Positions 49,717 to 58,277 of a stretch of DNA of 64,000 nt are shown piece after piece. A program made the translations under genes and the position numbers. The notes under the pieces were generated by a model that saw nothing but the letters and a program-made list of their open reading frames with translations, was not told where the DNA came from and made no database searches. The stretch lies in the IMG/VR virus record IMGVR_UViG_3300034018_003010. One strand, written 5' to 3'. This stretch comes from a virus. Numbering within the stretch: position 1 is the first letter of the stretch; each line of letters begins with the position of its first letter.

Positions 49717-50460
49717 ATGGGTGCCATAAAAGAACGATATCAAAATCCTGTGCAAGGTGATACTGTAATCCTTCGTTTGTTTTTTTACAACAGCAATAAT
49801 TTTTCAAATGTTAGTAGCATTGATCAAGTAGAGTTGTTTTTAGTAGCGAAGGGAAGTTCTGCTAGTGATACATCAGCAAGAACTTTAAAGAAAACGATTA
49901 CGGGGGCAAGTGTAATTCAAGATGGCACAGGGCAATATTATATTGAAGTTGCTTTAGATTCTATTGATTTCGAAATAGGAAATTACGTTGACGTTTGGAC
50001 AGTTAATTTTACTGGTGACTTTAATGATACCGAACAAATAACAAATGTATTTACAATTTATCCAAATTTGTGGTACACCGCTCCAATTCCAGTTGTTTAT
50101 GATTTTAACTTTCAATTTAGGCCAGCAAAAATAAGAAAGGGTTCTAAGAGATATATTATCATTCAAGTTACTCCGAATGTTCCTAAAGGCACAGACTTAC
50201 AAAGATATTATGAAAACTTGGCAGTAGTTGGGAACCTTTTTGTTAGTATTGAGCAAAGAACAGGTGCTTGCTTGCCAGAAGAAACAGATCTTAGAATGAT
50301 AGCAGAAAAAGTTCCAGTAACTTTTAGAGAAATGATGTATGGATATTATCAAATTGATACAACAGATATGGAAATAGGAATTTATGATATATGGTTTGAA
50401 TTAGACCTTGGAGATAATGTTTACATATCTGACAGAAATCAAATCCAAATTTTTAATTGA
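49717..50460 (+). CDS. Putative virion structural protein (two beta-sandwich-like halves)
   Basis: QGDTVILRLFF...GTGQYY...IGNYVDVW...YYQIDT....GIYDIWF; located in the tail cluster. Confidence 0.6.
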   Translation: MGAIKERYQNPVQGDTVILRLFFYNSNNFSNVSSIDQVELFLVAKGSSASDTSARTLKKTITGASVIQDGTGQYYIEVALDSIDFEIGNYVDVWTVNFTGDFNDTEQITNVFTIYPNLWYTAPIPVVYDFNFQFRPAKIRKGSKRYIIIQVTPNVPKGTDLQRYYENLAVVGNLFVSIEQRTGACLPEETDLRMIAEKVPVTFREMMYGYYQIDTTDMEIGIYDIWFELDLGDNVYISDRNQIQIFN

Positions 50461-50507
50461 CATACTCCCCCGACTAAAGTCAGGGGGGATTTCTTGGCTC
50501 GAAGATC
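50457..50507 (-). mobile_element. 51-bp IS200/IS605-end-like hairpin mini-element
   Basis: Reverse complement gatcttcgagccaagaaatcccccctgactttagtcgggggagtatgtcaa; it fills the whole gap between two convergent stop codons. Confidence 0.7.
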
Positions 50508-51053
50508 TTAAGGATTTTCGAAAAAATAATTATCTTCCAGCTTTAGTAATTCAGCAAGCTTAATCGCAGTCCACTCTCTGTAAATTATTTTATACTTATA
50601 TTCGCCTTGCATGTTGTTTGTTTTTACAAAAGCAATCCAAGGCTTTCTATCTTTTTTCCAAAGTAGCATTGGCATCTTTCCGGTTCTTTTACTTTCATCT
50701 TGCACTTGTTCTAAAAAAGAATCTAAATCTGAAATGCCATCTTCAAATACAGAATTTAAATCAATTTTGTTATAACCACCTTTTGATTCTAAAACAAACT
50801 TAAATCCTTTTGGGCAGCATATGTCGCCACTAAATGTTTCCTTTGCATGGGTTGGCAAGTTTTTAACCTGTCCCCATCTATTTCCAGAGCCAACGCTACG
50901 ACTAAAAGATTCTGCGTATCCTTTGAATCTATCATTTAAAACGGCAACAAGCTCTCTTTCAACACGCTTGCCCTTACGGTTGCCATTTACACCTTTCTTT
51001 TTGTTTTTAAATTTTTCAACATGATAAGCATCATCTAAATCATCAAAATTCAT
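50508..51053 (-). CDS. Holliday junction resolvase (PD-(D/E)xK type)
   Basis: NGNRKGKRVEREL...GDI...F.LESK...PMLLWKKDRKPW. Confidence 0.75.
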   Translation of the reverse strand: MNFDDLDDAYHVEKFKNKKKGVNGNRKGKRVERELVAVLNDRFKGYAESFSRSVGSGNRWGQVKNLPTHAKETFSGDICCPKGFKFVLESKGGYNKIDLNSVFEDGISDLDSFLEQVQDESKRTGKMPMLLWKKDRKPWIAFVKTNNMQGEYKYKIIYREWTAIKLAELLKLEDNYFFENP

Positions 51054-51072
51054 AATTATCCTAGATTCTAGA

Positions 51073-52071
51073 TTATTGTGATAAAAACTCAAGCTTAATA
51101 GAGTCTGATATTATATTTATTTGATCTAGATAAGTAATAATATCATCAACTTCTTTATCTGAAATCGAATTGTTTTCAATGCATATTTTAATTCCAGACT
51201 CTATTTCTAGAAGCTTCTCTTTTGCTGCACACAGGTGATCTAAAACACTTTGGTGTTGTAAATTTTTAACTTGTTTTTTAGAAGAATCTGGGCTTATTAT
51301 TTCTGTCTCCTTTGCAAAATAACTTTTAATGTTTATAACACTATTATTTAGTTCAAAACAAAATATTTCATATGGTTTTATATTATAAAAGTTTTTATAA
51401 AAATCAAATTCAAAACCTTTAGATTTCAATGTATTAATAGATGATAAAAATATTTCAAAAGTACTAAAAAATATAATTTGACCACATTCTTTTCTAACAT
51501 CTAAAAAGAATAATGGTCTATGTTTGTTTCTTGTTAATATTAATTTTTTAATTTTATAATTAGATTCAGCATAAGCTATAGAAAAATAACTATTTTTTGT
51601 ATTATCAAACAAATACTTAATATTATTAAATATATTATTATCTTTTTCTAATACTCTTAATATTATTTCAGAATCGCATTCTGTTTTTACAGAATTTAAT
51701 ATTTTAAGATTTTGATATTCTTTAAAATTAATTAAACCATTATGTATAATTGCTTTTTTATAATCATCACTAACAAAAGGATGGTTGTTTTCATTTTCTG
51801 ATGGTAATCCAACTCCTGTAGATGCTGCTCGACAATGAAATATTCCTAAATCTAAATTTTCTTCCCAAATATCTTGATAATGTTTTGTTTTTATAATATC
51901 TTTGCTTGGACCTGGTTGCTTGTAATAATAAACATTTCCATTTGTTGAACAGCAATAAAAACCAGCAGCATCTATGCCACGAACTTGCATGGTTTCGTAA
52001 AGTTCTGTAATCAGAATACGACTTTTGTTTTGGTCTGTGCTTTCGCCTATAAATCCTAATATTCCACACAT
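51073..52071 (-). CDS. Class II (Ntn) glutamine amidotransferase domain protein
   Basis: MCGILG, RGIDAAG, HCRAAS, NNHPF, HNG and CDSE motifs. Confidence 0.85.
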   Translation of the reverse strand: MCGILGFIGESTDQNKSRILITELYETMQVRGIDAAGFYCCSTNGNVYYYKQPGPSKDIIKTKHYQDIWEENLDLGIFHCRAASTGVGLPSENENNHPFVSDDYKKAIIHNGLINFKEYQNLKILNSVKTECDSEIILRVLEKDNNIFNNIKYLFDNTKNSYFSIAYAESNYKIKKLILTRNKHRPLFFLDVRKECGQIIFFSTFEIFLSSINTLKSKGFEFDFYKNFYNIKPYEIFCFELNNSVINIKSYFAKETEIISPDSSKKQVKNLQHQSVLDHLCAAKEKLLEIESGIKICIENNSISDKEVDDIITYLDQINIISDSIKLEFLSQ

Positions 52072-52076
52072 TAATA

Positions 52077-52598
52077 TTAAATAGCGTTGGGATTTTGAAT
52101 TTCAGATGGCTCTCCAAGAGGAGGAGCACCAGATGTATCAAATCCAGATATAGGTTGAGCCTGTGGATTTATATCAACAGGTTGTTTTTCGGTATTTCCA
52201 GAATCAGGAGTTTGACTTGTTTGAGATTCTTTTCCAGAAGTTCCCAAATCATTCAAAGGAACATTCAATTTCATCGCTATACTTTTGATTTCTTCAACAG
52301 AATCGGAAAGAACTTTTTCAAAATCATCTTTTTCTTCTAGCAGCTTAGATAATGCAATTCCTACTTTTTGAAGATTTTTAAAATATTTTTTATTACTAGA
52401 GTCCCAATGACCTCTAAGTATAGATTGTATATTGGAAATAATTGTTTCAATTGTATTGCAAGTTGTTGTCATTCCAATATCTTTATAATTTTCTTGCAAT
52501 TCTTGTAAATCTTTTAACAAATTACCAATTTTATCTCCTAATAGTTGGAGATTTTCTAATATTATAAATTTTTTGAAATTTAACATTTCATTGTACAT
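52077..52598 (-). CDS. Hypothetical protein with a CTS-like N-terminus (possible start 52586)
   Basis: MLNFKKFIILE followed by a helical body and a disordered tail. Confidence 0.65.
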   Translation of the reverse strand: MYNEMLNFKKFIILENLQLLGDKIGNLLKDLQELQENYKDIGMTTTCNTIETIISNIQSILRGHWDSSNKKYFKNLQKVGIALSKLLEEKDDFEKVLSDSVEEIKSIAMKLNVPLNDLGTSGKESQTSQTPDSGNTEKQPVDINPQAQPISGFDTSGAPPLGEPSEIQNPNAI

Positions 52599-52608
52599 AA
52601 AAAACTCT

Positions 52609-54255
52609 TTAATATGATATATTGGTATTTAGTGCTTCACCTTTCTTCTTTGCAGCATTTTCTACCAATCCAACAAATAAAGGACTAGCTGCGGTCAATC
52701 TAGATTTGAATTCTGGGTGAGCTTGAGTAGCAACAAAATATGGATGAACAGATTTGTCCATCTCCATAATTTCAATAAGATTCGATTCTGGATTCCTTCC
52801 TGATACCACAAAACCTTTTGAAGCAAATTCCAACCTACTAACCAATTCGCTATTAACCTCATAACGATGACGATGTCTTTCGGATATGTTCTTCTTCTTG
52901 TAATATTCACTTGCCAAGGAATCTTTTGCAACCTCACAAGAATAAGATCCAAGTCGCATTGTACCAGACTTTTTCTTAATAGATTCTTGACCGGGAATAA
53001 AATGCACAACAGGATGCGTTGTGCTCTTGTCAAATTCTTCAGAGTTTGCGTCTTCCCAGCCTATGCTTCTGGCAAATTCAATTACAGCACATTGCAATCC
53101 AAGACAGATTCCCAAGAATGGTATCTTCTTTTCTCGAACATATTTGATTGCTCTTATTTTACCTTCTACACCACGACTATCAAATCCTCCAGGAACGATA
53201 AGGCCATCAATGTCGTTAAAAAATTCCTTAAGACACTTGGAATCCTTGCAATCTTCTACCTGCGCAGCGTTAATCCATGATATATCAACTTTTACATTTT
53301 TATTTACAGCAGCATGAAATACAGCCTCTTTAAGACTCAAATAAGCTTCATCAAAGTTGTCATACTTGTTTAATATTCCAATCCTAATTGTCTTCAAATC
53401 TTTATTTCCAATATATTTTTCTACCAAGTCACGATACTTGTGAATCCTGACACCATTTCTAGTCAAATGAAACTTATCAATAATCAAATCGTCAACATGC
53501 CTGTTGTAAAATTCAATTGGAACTTGATAAACGGTAGGAACATCTGGTGCTTCAAATACCGCAGAACGAGGAACATTAGTTATATTTGAAATCTTTTCCA
53601 TAATCTGATTTGGTATCTGCCTATCTGTTCGACAGAATAATATCTCAGGTTGCAAACCGCTGCTTTGCATACTTTGAACGGCTTGTTGTAAAGGCTTGGT
53701 TTTGAATTCCTTTATTGTTGGAATCCAAAGAACAGGAGCCACCAAAGAAACAATTACATCATTGGCATTCTTTTGTTTAAACTGCCGTATTGCTTCTAAA
53801 AATGGATAAGCCTCTGAATCCCCTACTGTACCTCCAATTTCAACTAAAACTATATCTGCGTCTTTTCCTAAGTCTTTAAGCCTGTCAATTATCTTGTTAG
53901 TAACATGAGGAACAACTTGAACAGTCTGTCCCAAATACTTGCCTTCTTCTTGCTCTTGTATTATCTCTTTATATACAGTGCCAGAAGTTAATATATTCTT
54001 AGAGCTAACTTGACAACCAATGATTCTTTCATAGGTTCCCAAATCAAGATCTGTTTCACTGCCATCGTCGCACAAAAACACCTCTCCATGCTCTCTAGGA
54101 GCAAGGATGCCAGCATTTGTATTCAAGTAAGGATCAAACTTAATAGGGACTATTTTTAAGCCTCTAAGACTCAAAAGAAGACCCAAGCTGGCTATAGACA
54201 CGCCTTTACCTGTGCCGCTTATTACCCCACCACAGACTACAATGTATTTAGCCAT
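52609..54255 (-). CDS. pyrG: CTP synthase
   Basis: GGVISGTGKG, KFDPYLN, ETDLDLG, EIGGTVGD, KTKP.Q, PGGF..RG.EGKI, GICLG.Q, ERHRHRYE and QAHPEF. Confidence 0.97.
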   Translation of the reverse strand: MAKYIVVCGGVISGTGKGVSIASLGLLLSLRGLKIVPIKFDPYLNTNAGILAPREHGEVFLCDDGSETDLDLGTYERIIGCQVSSKNILTSGTVYKEIIQEQEEGKYLGQTVQVVPHVTNKIIDRLKDLGKDADIVLVEIGGTVGDSEAYPFLEAIRQFKQKNANDVIVSLVAPVLWIPTIKEFKTKPLQQAVQSMQSSGLQPEILFCRTDRQIPNQIMEKISNITNVPRSAVFEAPDVPTVYQVPIEFYNRHVDDLIIDKFHLTRNGVRIHKYRDLVEKYIGNKDLKTIRIGILNKYDNFDEAYLSLKEAVFHAAVNKNVKVDISWINAAQVEDCKDSKCLKEFFNDIDGLIVPGGFDSRGVEGKIRAIKYVREKKIPFLGICLGLQCAVIEFARSIGWEDANSEEFDKSTTHPVVHFIPGQESIKKKSGTMRLGSYSCEVAKDSLASEYYKKKNISERHRHRYEVNSELVSRLEFASKGFVVSGRNPESNLIEIMEMDKSVHPYFVATQAHPEFKSRLTAASPLFVGLVENAAKKKGEALNTNISY

Positions 54256-54286
54256 TTATTAATCCTTGAGTGATACCATAAAATAC

Positions 54287-54320
54287 AAAAAAAGCGGAAG
54301 CCATTCAATAGCTTCCGCTT
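54287..54320 (-). terminator. Intrinsic terminator after the nrd operon
   Basis: aagcggaagc-cattcaata-gcttccgctt with an A-run on the left, giving a U-tract on the minus strand. Confidence 0.75.
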
Positions 54321-54353
54321 AATTTAAATTAGTTTGTTTTATTTTAAAAAAAA

Positions 54354-54608
54354 TCAAACGCTAAAATCGTCTGTTTCTTCAAAAAACTTACAACCTTGAT
54401 CCTCGAATGTCAAAAGACCTCTTCTTGGACTATGTCTGTTTTTGCAAACGCCCCAATCTTTACCCAAATCACCTTGCAATTTCAAAAAGTGTTTGCAATT
54501 ACAAGAGCAATCAGGACCATAGTCTTCTTCTCTAGACCTTTTGCCCCAAGGCTGAAAATCTGAATCCAACTTTATTAAAACCATATCTAATTGTTTCCGC
54601 TTTTCCAT
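54354..54608 (-). CDS. DUF3027-like small Cys-rich protein
   Basis: DCSCNCKHF..L.G.LG.DWGVC.N..SPR.GLLTFE.QGC. Confidence 0.65.
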   Translation of the reverse strand: MEKRKQLDMVLIKLDSDFQPWGKRSREEDYGPDCSCNCKHFLKLQGDLGKDWGVCKNRHSPRRGLLTFEDQGCKFFEETDDFSV

Positions 54609-54609
54609 A

Positions 54610-57201
54610 TTAGCTCTCGCAACTTGTACAAGTCAGAATTGATCTTGAAAAAGCCTGGGCGGCATTAACGGATATCTGGTAATAAAGACCCTTGATGCCC
54701 ATTTTCCAGCCTTCAATAATCAAAGCATTAACATCTTTAGTAGGAACAGAAGGATGAATCATAAGGTTAAGACTTTGACCTTGATCAATATACTTCTGTC
54801 TTTGTGCTGCCTGAATCATAATCTCTTTAGGACTAATTTCGGCAAAAGTTTTGAATACATTCTTCTCTTCTTCGGTAAGACATTCCAAATGCTGGACGCT
54901 TCCGCCATTCATAAGAATGCTCTTCCATACTTCTTCAGTATCATGTCCCTTCGCTTTCAAAAGCTTCTCAAGCTCTGCATTCTTGATTGTAAATTTACCC
55001 TTTTGCAGATCCTTAATGTAATAGTTGGTTCTATGAGGTTCAATACCTTCGGAAACCTGTCCTAAAATAAACGCCGAAGATTTTGTAGGGGCTATAGCAA
55101 GAAGAGTAGTGTTTCTTCTGCCATATCCTTTGCATACTTCTGGCTCACCATATTCTTCTGCTAGCTTTGCACTGGCTTTATATGCAGCTTCCTTGATGTT
55201 TTTTGCAATTTGAGTATTATGGAACTTGGCTTCCATACTCTCCCAAGGAATCATCTTGCTTTGTAAGTAGCTATGCCAGCCAAGCCAGCCAACACCAAGA
55301 GCACGATGCCTTTCGGCAAATTTAACAGCCCTTTCCATAAACTTAATCTTCTTGGCTTTTTCAATGAATTCTGTCATCACAGCATCAAGAAGATAGACAA
55401 GAAGCTCTACGGCATCTGTGTCTTTCCATTCATCATAATAAAGAATATTCATACTACTTAAATCACAGACAAATGATTCGTATTCATTGTCTGGCAAAAA
55501 AATTTCCTGACATAGATTGCTATGTGTAATTTTTAATTCTTTATCTTTATAGCAATCTGCTGTATTATTATTTGCATTGTCAATAAATGAAATATATGGA
55601 TAGCCAAAGTTGGCTCTCATTTCGAGAACTTTAGCCCACACCTTTCTTTTGTCTGCATCTCCATTAATCATTTCTTCCATCCAATAGTCTGGAACACAGA
55701 CTCCGAATGAAAGATCTTGAATTGGGAATCCTTCAGTTCTTATCTGAAGGAATTCCATAATGTCGGCATGGTCAATAGGAAGATAAGCAGCGAAGTTACC
55801 ACGACGAGTGTTTCCACACACCATCACTCTGTCTTGATATCTAACTAAAAGCCTACCCTCTGGTACTATAGCACAATAAACTTTTCCTTTGTAATATTCT
55901 TCAGTTTTATTAATTGACTCGCCCCCTCTGTAGGAGTTTTCGCTTATATTTATACAATGCAAATCACGCCTGTTGCCGTAGGCAGGGCGAATTCTAACTC
56001 TGGTTTTTAAATCAGCCAATGCAGCAATTGCTTGAACAATATCTATATTTGTTTTATCTATGCTTGAATATGTAATGCATCCTCCATGAGATACACTTCC
56101 ATCCCAACAAGATAGTTCCTCAATAAATTCTTGAGCCCAAATTCCATTTATTTCTTCAATTCTTACCCATTCAGAAAATGTTTTCTTTTTGACAGATTCT
56201 TCATATTCAAAATTAATACTAATTGTTTTATCTGGATTGGTTTTCTTTTCGTATTTAATTCCAATATCGTTTAGGATTTTTTCTAAGCGTTGAACCTTTC
56301 TTTCTTTAGCAAAATGAAAACGAATTTTTCTATTTGCGTCATCTTTTCTTCCATCCGCTTGATATGCAATCCTAAGTCTATCAAAATTGCTTAGACCATC
56401 TCCTTTGCCAGCCCAACCAGCTAATGGAATTCTATTGTCTCTATGGAGATTTAAATCCTGTGCTTCTACAATTTCAGTATTGGATGGCCAATAACGCTCC
56501 CTGTCTTGCATTTTTCTGCGGCAAATAACCATGCGATGGTTAGGAGTCACCTTGATGGAAACAGAATTTTCAGTCTTTTTGCCAGAAAGACAAATTAAAT
56601 TTCCTTCAAAATCATTTACAACCATTTCATATTTTTCAGTAAATGAAACATTATTAAATTCGTCAAGCTGCGCCAATTTATCAGTTGGCAAAACTTCTCT
56701 AAAATCTTTAAATCCATTATTTGTTAATACTTCAGTTCCTTCTATATAACAACTGCCTTGGCTAACAATTTGAATTAGGTTTTCAAACGCTTGCATAAAG
56801 TGAACAGCACCAGAGCTTTCTCCGTTGTTTCTGATAGATGCTCCTCTAGGTCTTAAGTTTCCAAATGTAGCAGAGGTTCCTCCACCATATTTGGTCATCA
56901 TTGCTACTTCTGCCCAAGTATATGCAATAGATTCCATAGAATCACCTATAGTGCTGCCAAAGCAACTAATGGGCAATCCTCTTTCATTGCCAAAGTTTGT
57001 CCAAATAGGAGTTGATAGGCTGTACCAACCCTTTTGAAAGTTTTCTTTAAACTTGGCAGCAAATCCCGGTTTGTTAAGCAGCTTTTCGGCAGTATTACAA
57101 ATCTCATCAACTCTTTGATCGACAGTTTGACCATCGACCAAATAGTCTCTCTCAAGGAACACTTGAGACATTTCAGTAAGCCATCTGTAGTTGCTGTTCA
57201 T
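54610..57201 (-). CDS. nrdA: Class I ribonucleotide reductase alpha subunit, intein-containing
   Basis: STP, GLPISC, GGG, SNLCQEI, VCDLSS, AIAPT.SS, DQGQSLN, LYY and the C-terminal CTSCES. Confidence 0.92.
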   Translation of the reverse strand: MNSNYRWLTEMSQVFLERDYLVDGQTVDQRVDEICNTAEKLLNKPGFAAKFKENFQKGWYSLSTPIWTNFGNERGLPISCFGSTIGDSMESIAYTWAEVAMMTKYGGGTSATFGNLRPRGASIRNNGESSGAVHFMQAFENLIQIVSQGSCYIEGTEVLTNNGFKDFREVLPTDKLAQLDEFNNVSFTEKYEMVVNDFEGNLICLSGKKTENSVSIKVTPNHRMVICRRKMQDRERYWPSNTEIVEAQDLNLHRDNRIPLAGWAGKGDGLSNFDRLRIAYQADGRKDDANRKIRFHFAKERKVQRLEKILNDIGIKYEKKTNPDKTISINFEYEESVKKKTFSEWVRIEEINGIWAQEFIEELSCWDGSVSHGGCITYSSIDKTNIDIVQAIAALADLKTRVRIRPAYGNRRDLHCINISENSYRGGESINKTEEYYKGKVYCAIVPEGRLLVRYQDRVMVCGNTRRGNFAAYLPIDHADIMEFLQIRTEGFPIQDLSFGVCVPDYWMEEMINGDADKRKVWAKVLEMRANFGYPYISFIDNANNNTADCYKDKELKITHSNLCQEIFLPDNEYESFVCDLSSMNILYYDEWKDTDAVELLVYLLDAVMTEFIEKAKKIKFMERAVKFAERHRALGVGWLGWHSYLQSKMIPWESMEAKFHNTQIAKNIKEAAYKASAKLAEEYGEPEVCKGYGRRNTTLLAIAPTKSSAFILGQVSEGIEPHRTNYYIKDLQKGKFTIKNAELEKLLKAKGHDTEEVWKSILMNGGSVQHLECLTEEEKNVFKTFAEISPKEIMIQAAQRQKYIDQGQSLNLMIHPSVPTKDVNALIIEGWKMGIKGLYYQISVNAAQAFSRSILTCTSCES
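55810..56751 (-). mobile_element. Intein (314 aa) with a LAGLIDADG-like endonuclease region in nrdA
   Basis: SQGS|CYIEGTEVLT...VTPNHRM...YQADG...CWDG...KGKVYC..VP...VMVCGN|TRRG. Confidence 0.9.
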
Positions 57202-58187
57202 TAGAATAAGTCCTCTGCTGTTGTTGGCTTTACATTTTTGGAATATGTCACAGGCTTCTTATGGAAGAAGTCTGTGTTCACTTCGGCATGTATTTCATCT
57301 TCAAACCATTTTAACTCAGATACCTTATCTGGATCAACATCAAAAACCTTTTTGCCTCCTACCATTTCAAGGCTTTCATTAAACCTTTGCTTGATATATT
57401 CTTTTACATTTTCTTTTGACAAGAAAGAAAGTTCTCCAGCTTCGAAAATCCAATCAATAATTTTCGCTTCGGCTTCATATGCCTTTTTGCAAGCTCTATA
57501 CAGTTTGTTATAAAAGTCTTCATTGAACCAATCGGGAAATTCTTTTTGAATAGTCTTTATTAAATAAACACCAAGAAGAGCATGTATCTGCTCTTCTTTT
57601 TGAGTCGCTTGAACAACATTATCAATATCTTTTAAACAATTCATATACTTGTTAAAAGATTTTATAACTAAAAACTGAGAGAATAGACTAACATTTTCTA
57701 TGAATATGCTAAACAAAGTTAAAGTTAAAGTATAATTTTCATCGCTATTATCAGAAGCGCCTTTCAAATATTTTGTCAAGTAATCAACTCTACCTTGAAT
57801 AACAGGATTTTGTAATAGTTGATCAAATTCATTATTCATTCCTAGAACTTCTAGGAGATGAGAATATGCATCTGAATGCCTTACTTCTGATTCACCAAAT
57901 GTTACACCAACTTGATCGAATTCAGCTTTTGGAAACCTTTCGCCAAGTTTAGTCCAGAATTTCTTAACGCTTATTTCAATTTGGGAAATTGCAAGCATTG
58001 CATTCTTGAGAATGCTTTTTTCTACATCGTTTAATTTTACATTGAAATCTTGAATATCACCTATAAAGTTCCATTCGCTAACAAGCCAATAGCTATGAGA
58101 TATTGCGTTTTTGTATTCTGTAACTTCTGGGTATTCAAAAGGTTTGAAAGCTACTCTTTTTTCAAATATATTTCTTTTAGAAGACAT
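57201..58187 (-). CDS. nrdB: Class I ribonucleotide reductase beta subunit
   Basis: KPFEYP, SQIE, ESEVRHSDAY, IENVSLFSQF, KEEQIH and TDFF; SD GGAGG precedes ATG 58187. Confidence 0.92.
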   Translation of the reverse strand: MSSKRNIFEKRVAFKPFEYPEVTEYKNAISHSYWLVSEWNFIGDIQDFNVKLNDVEKSILKNAMLAISQIEISVKKFWTKLGERFPKAEFDQVGVTFGESEVRHSDAYSHLLEVLGMNNEFDQLLQNPVIQGRVDYLTKYLKGASDNSDENYTLTLTLFSIFIENVSLFSQFLVIKSFNKYMNCLKDIDNVVQATQKEEQIHALLGVYLIKTIQKEFPDWFNEDFYNKLYRACKKAYEAEAKIIDWIFEAGELSFLSKENVKEYIKQRFNESLEMVGGKKVFDVDPDKVSELKWFEDEIHAEVNTDFFHKKPVTYSKNVKPTTAEDLF

Positions 58188-58277
58188 TATTCCTCCGAAT
58201 GGCAAAATTTTCTGGGATAGATATCTAGTCTTGGGACTAAAATTATACTCCAAAAAATTTTTCCATTCAAACGAAAT

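Noticed and set aside
47045-50457. Composite transposon or invertible segment bounded by the two inverted 51-bp elements
   Set aside because: The enclosed genes include core tail genes, there is no recombinase or transposase, and a third copy lies 26 kb away. Independent insertions are more parsimonious, although inversion by homologous recombination cannot be excluded.
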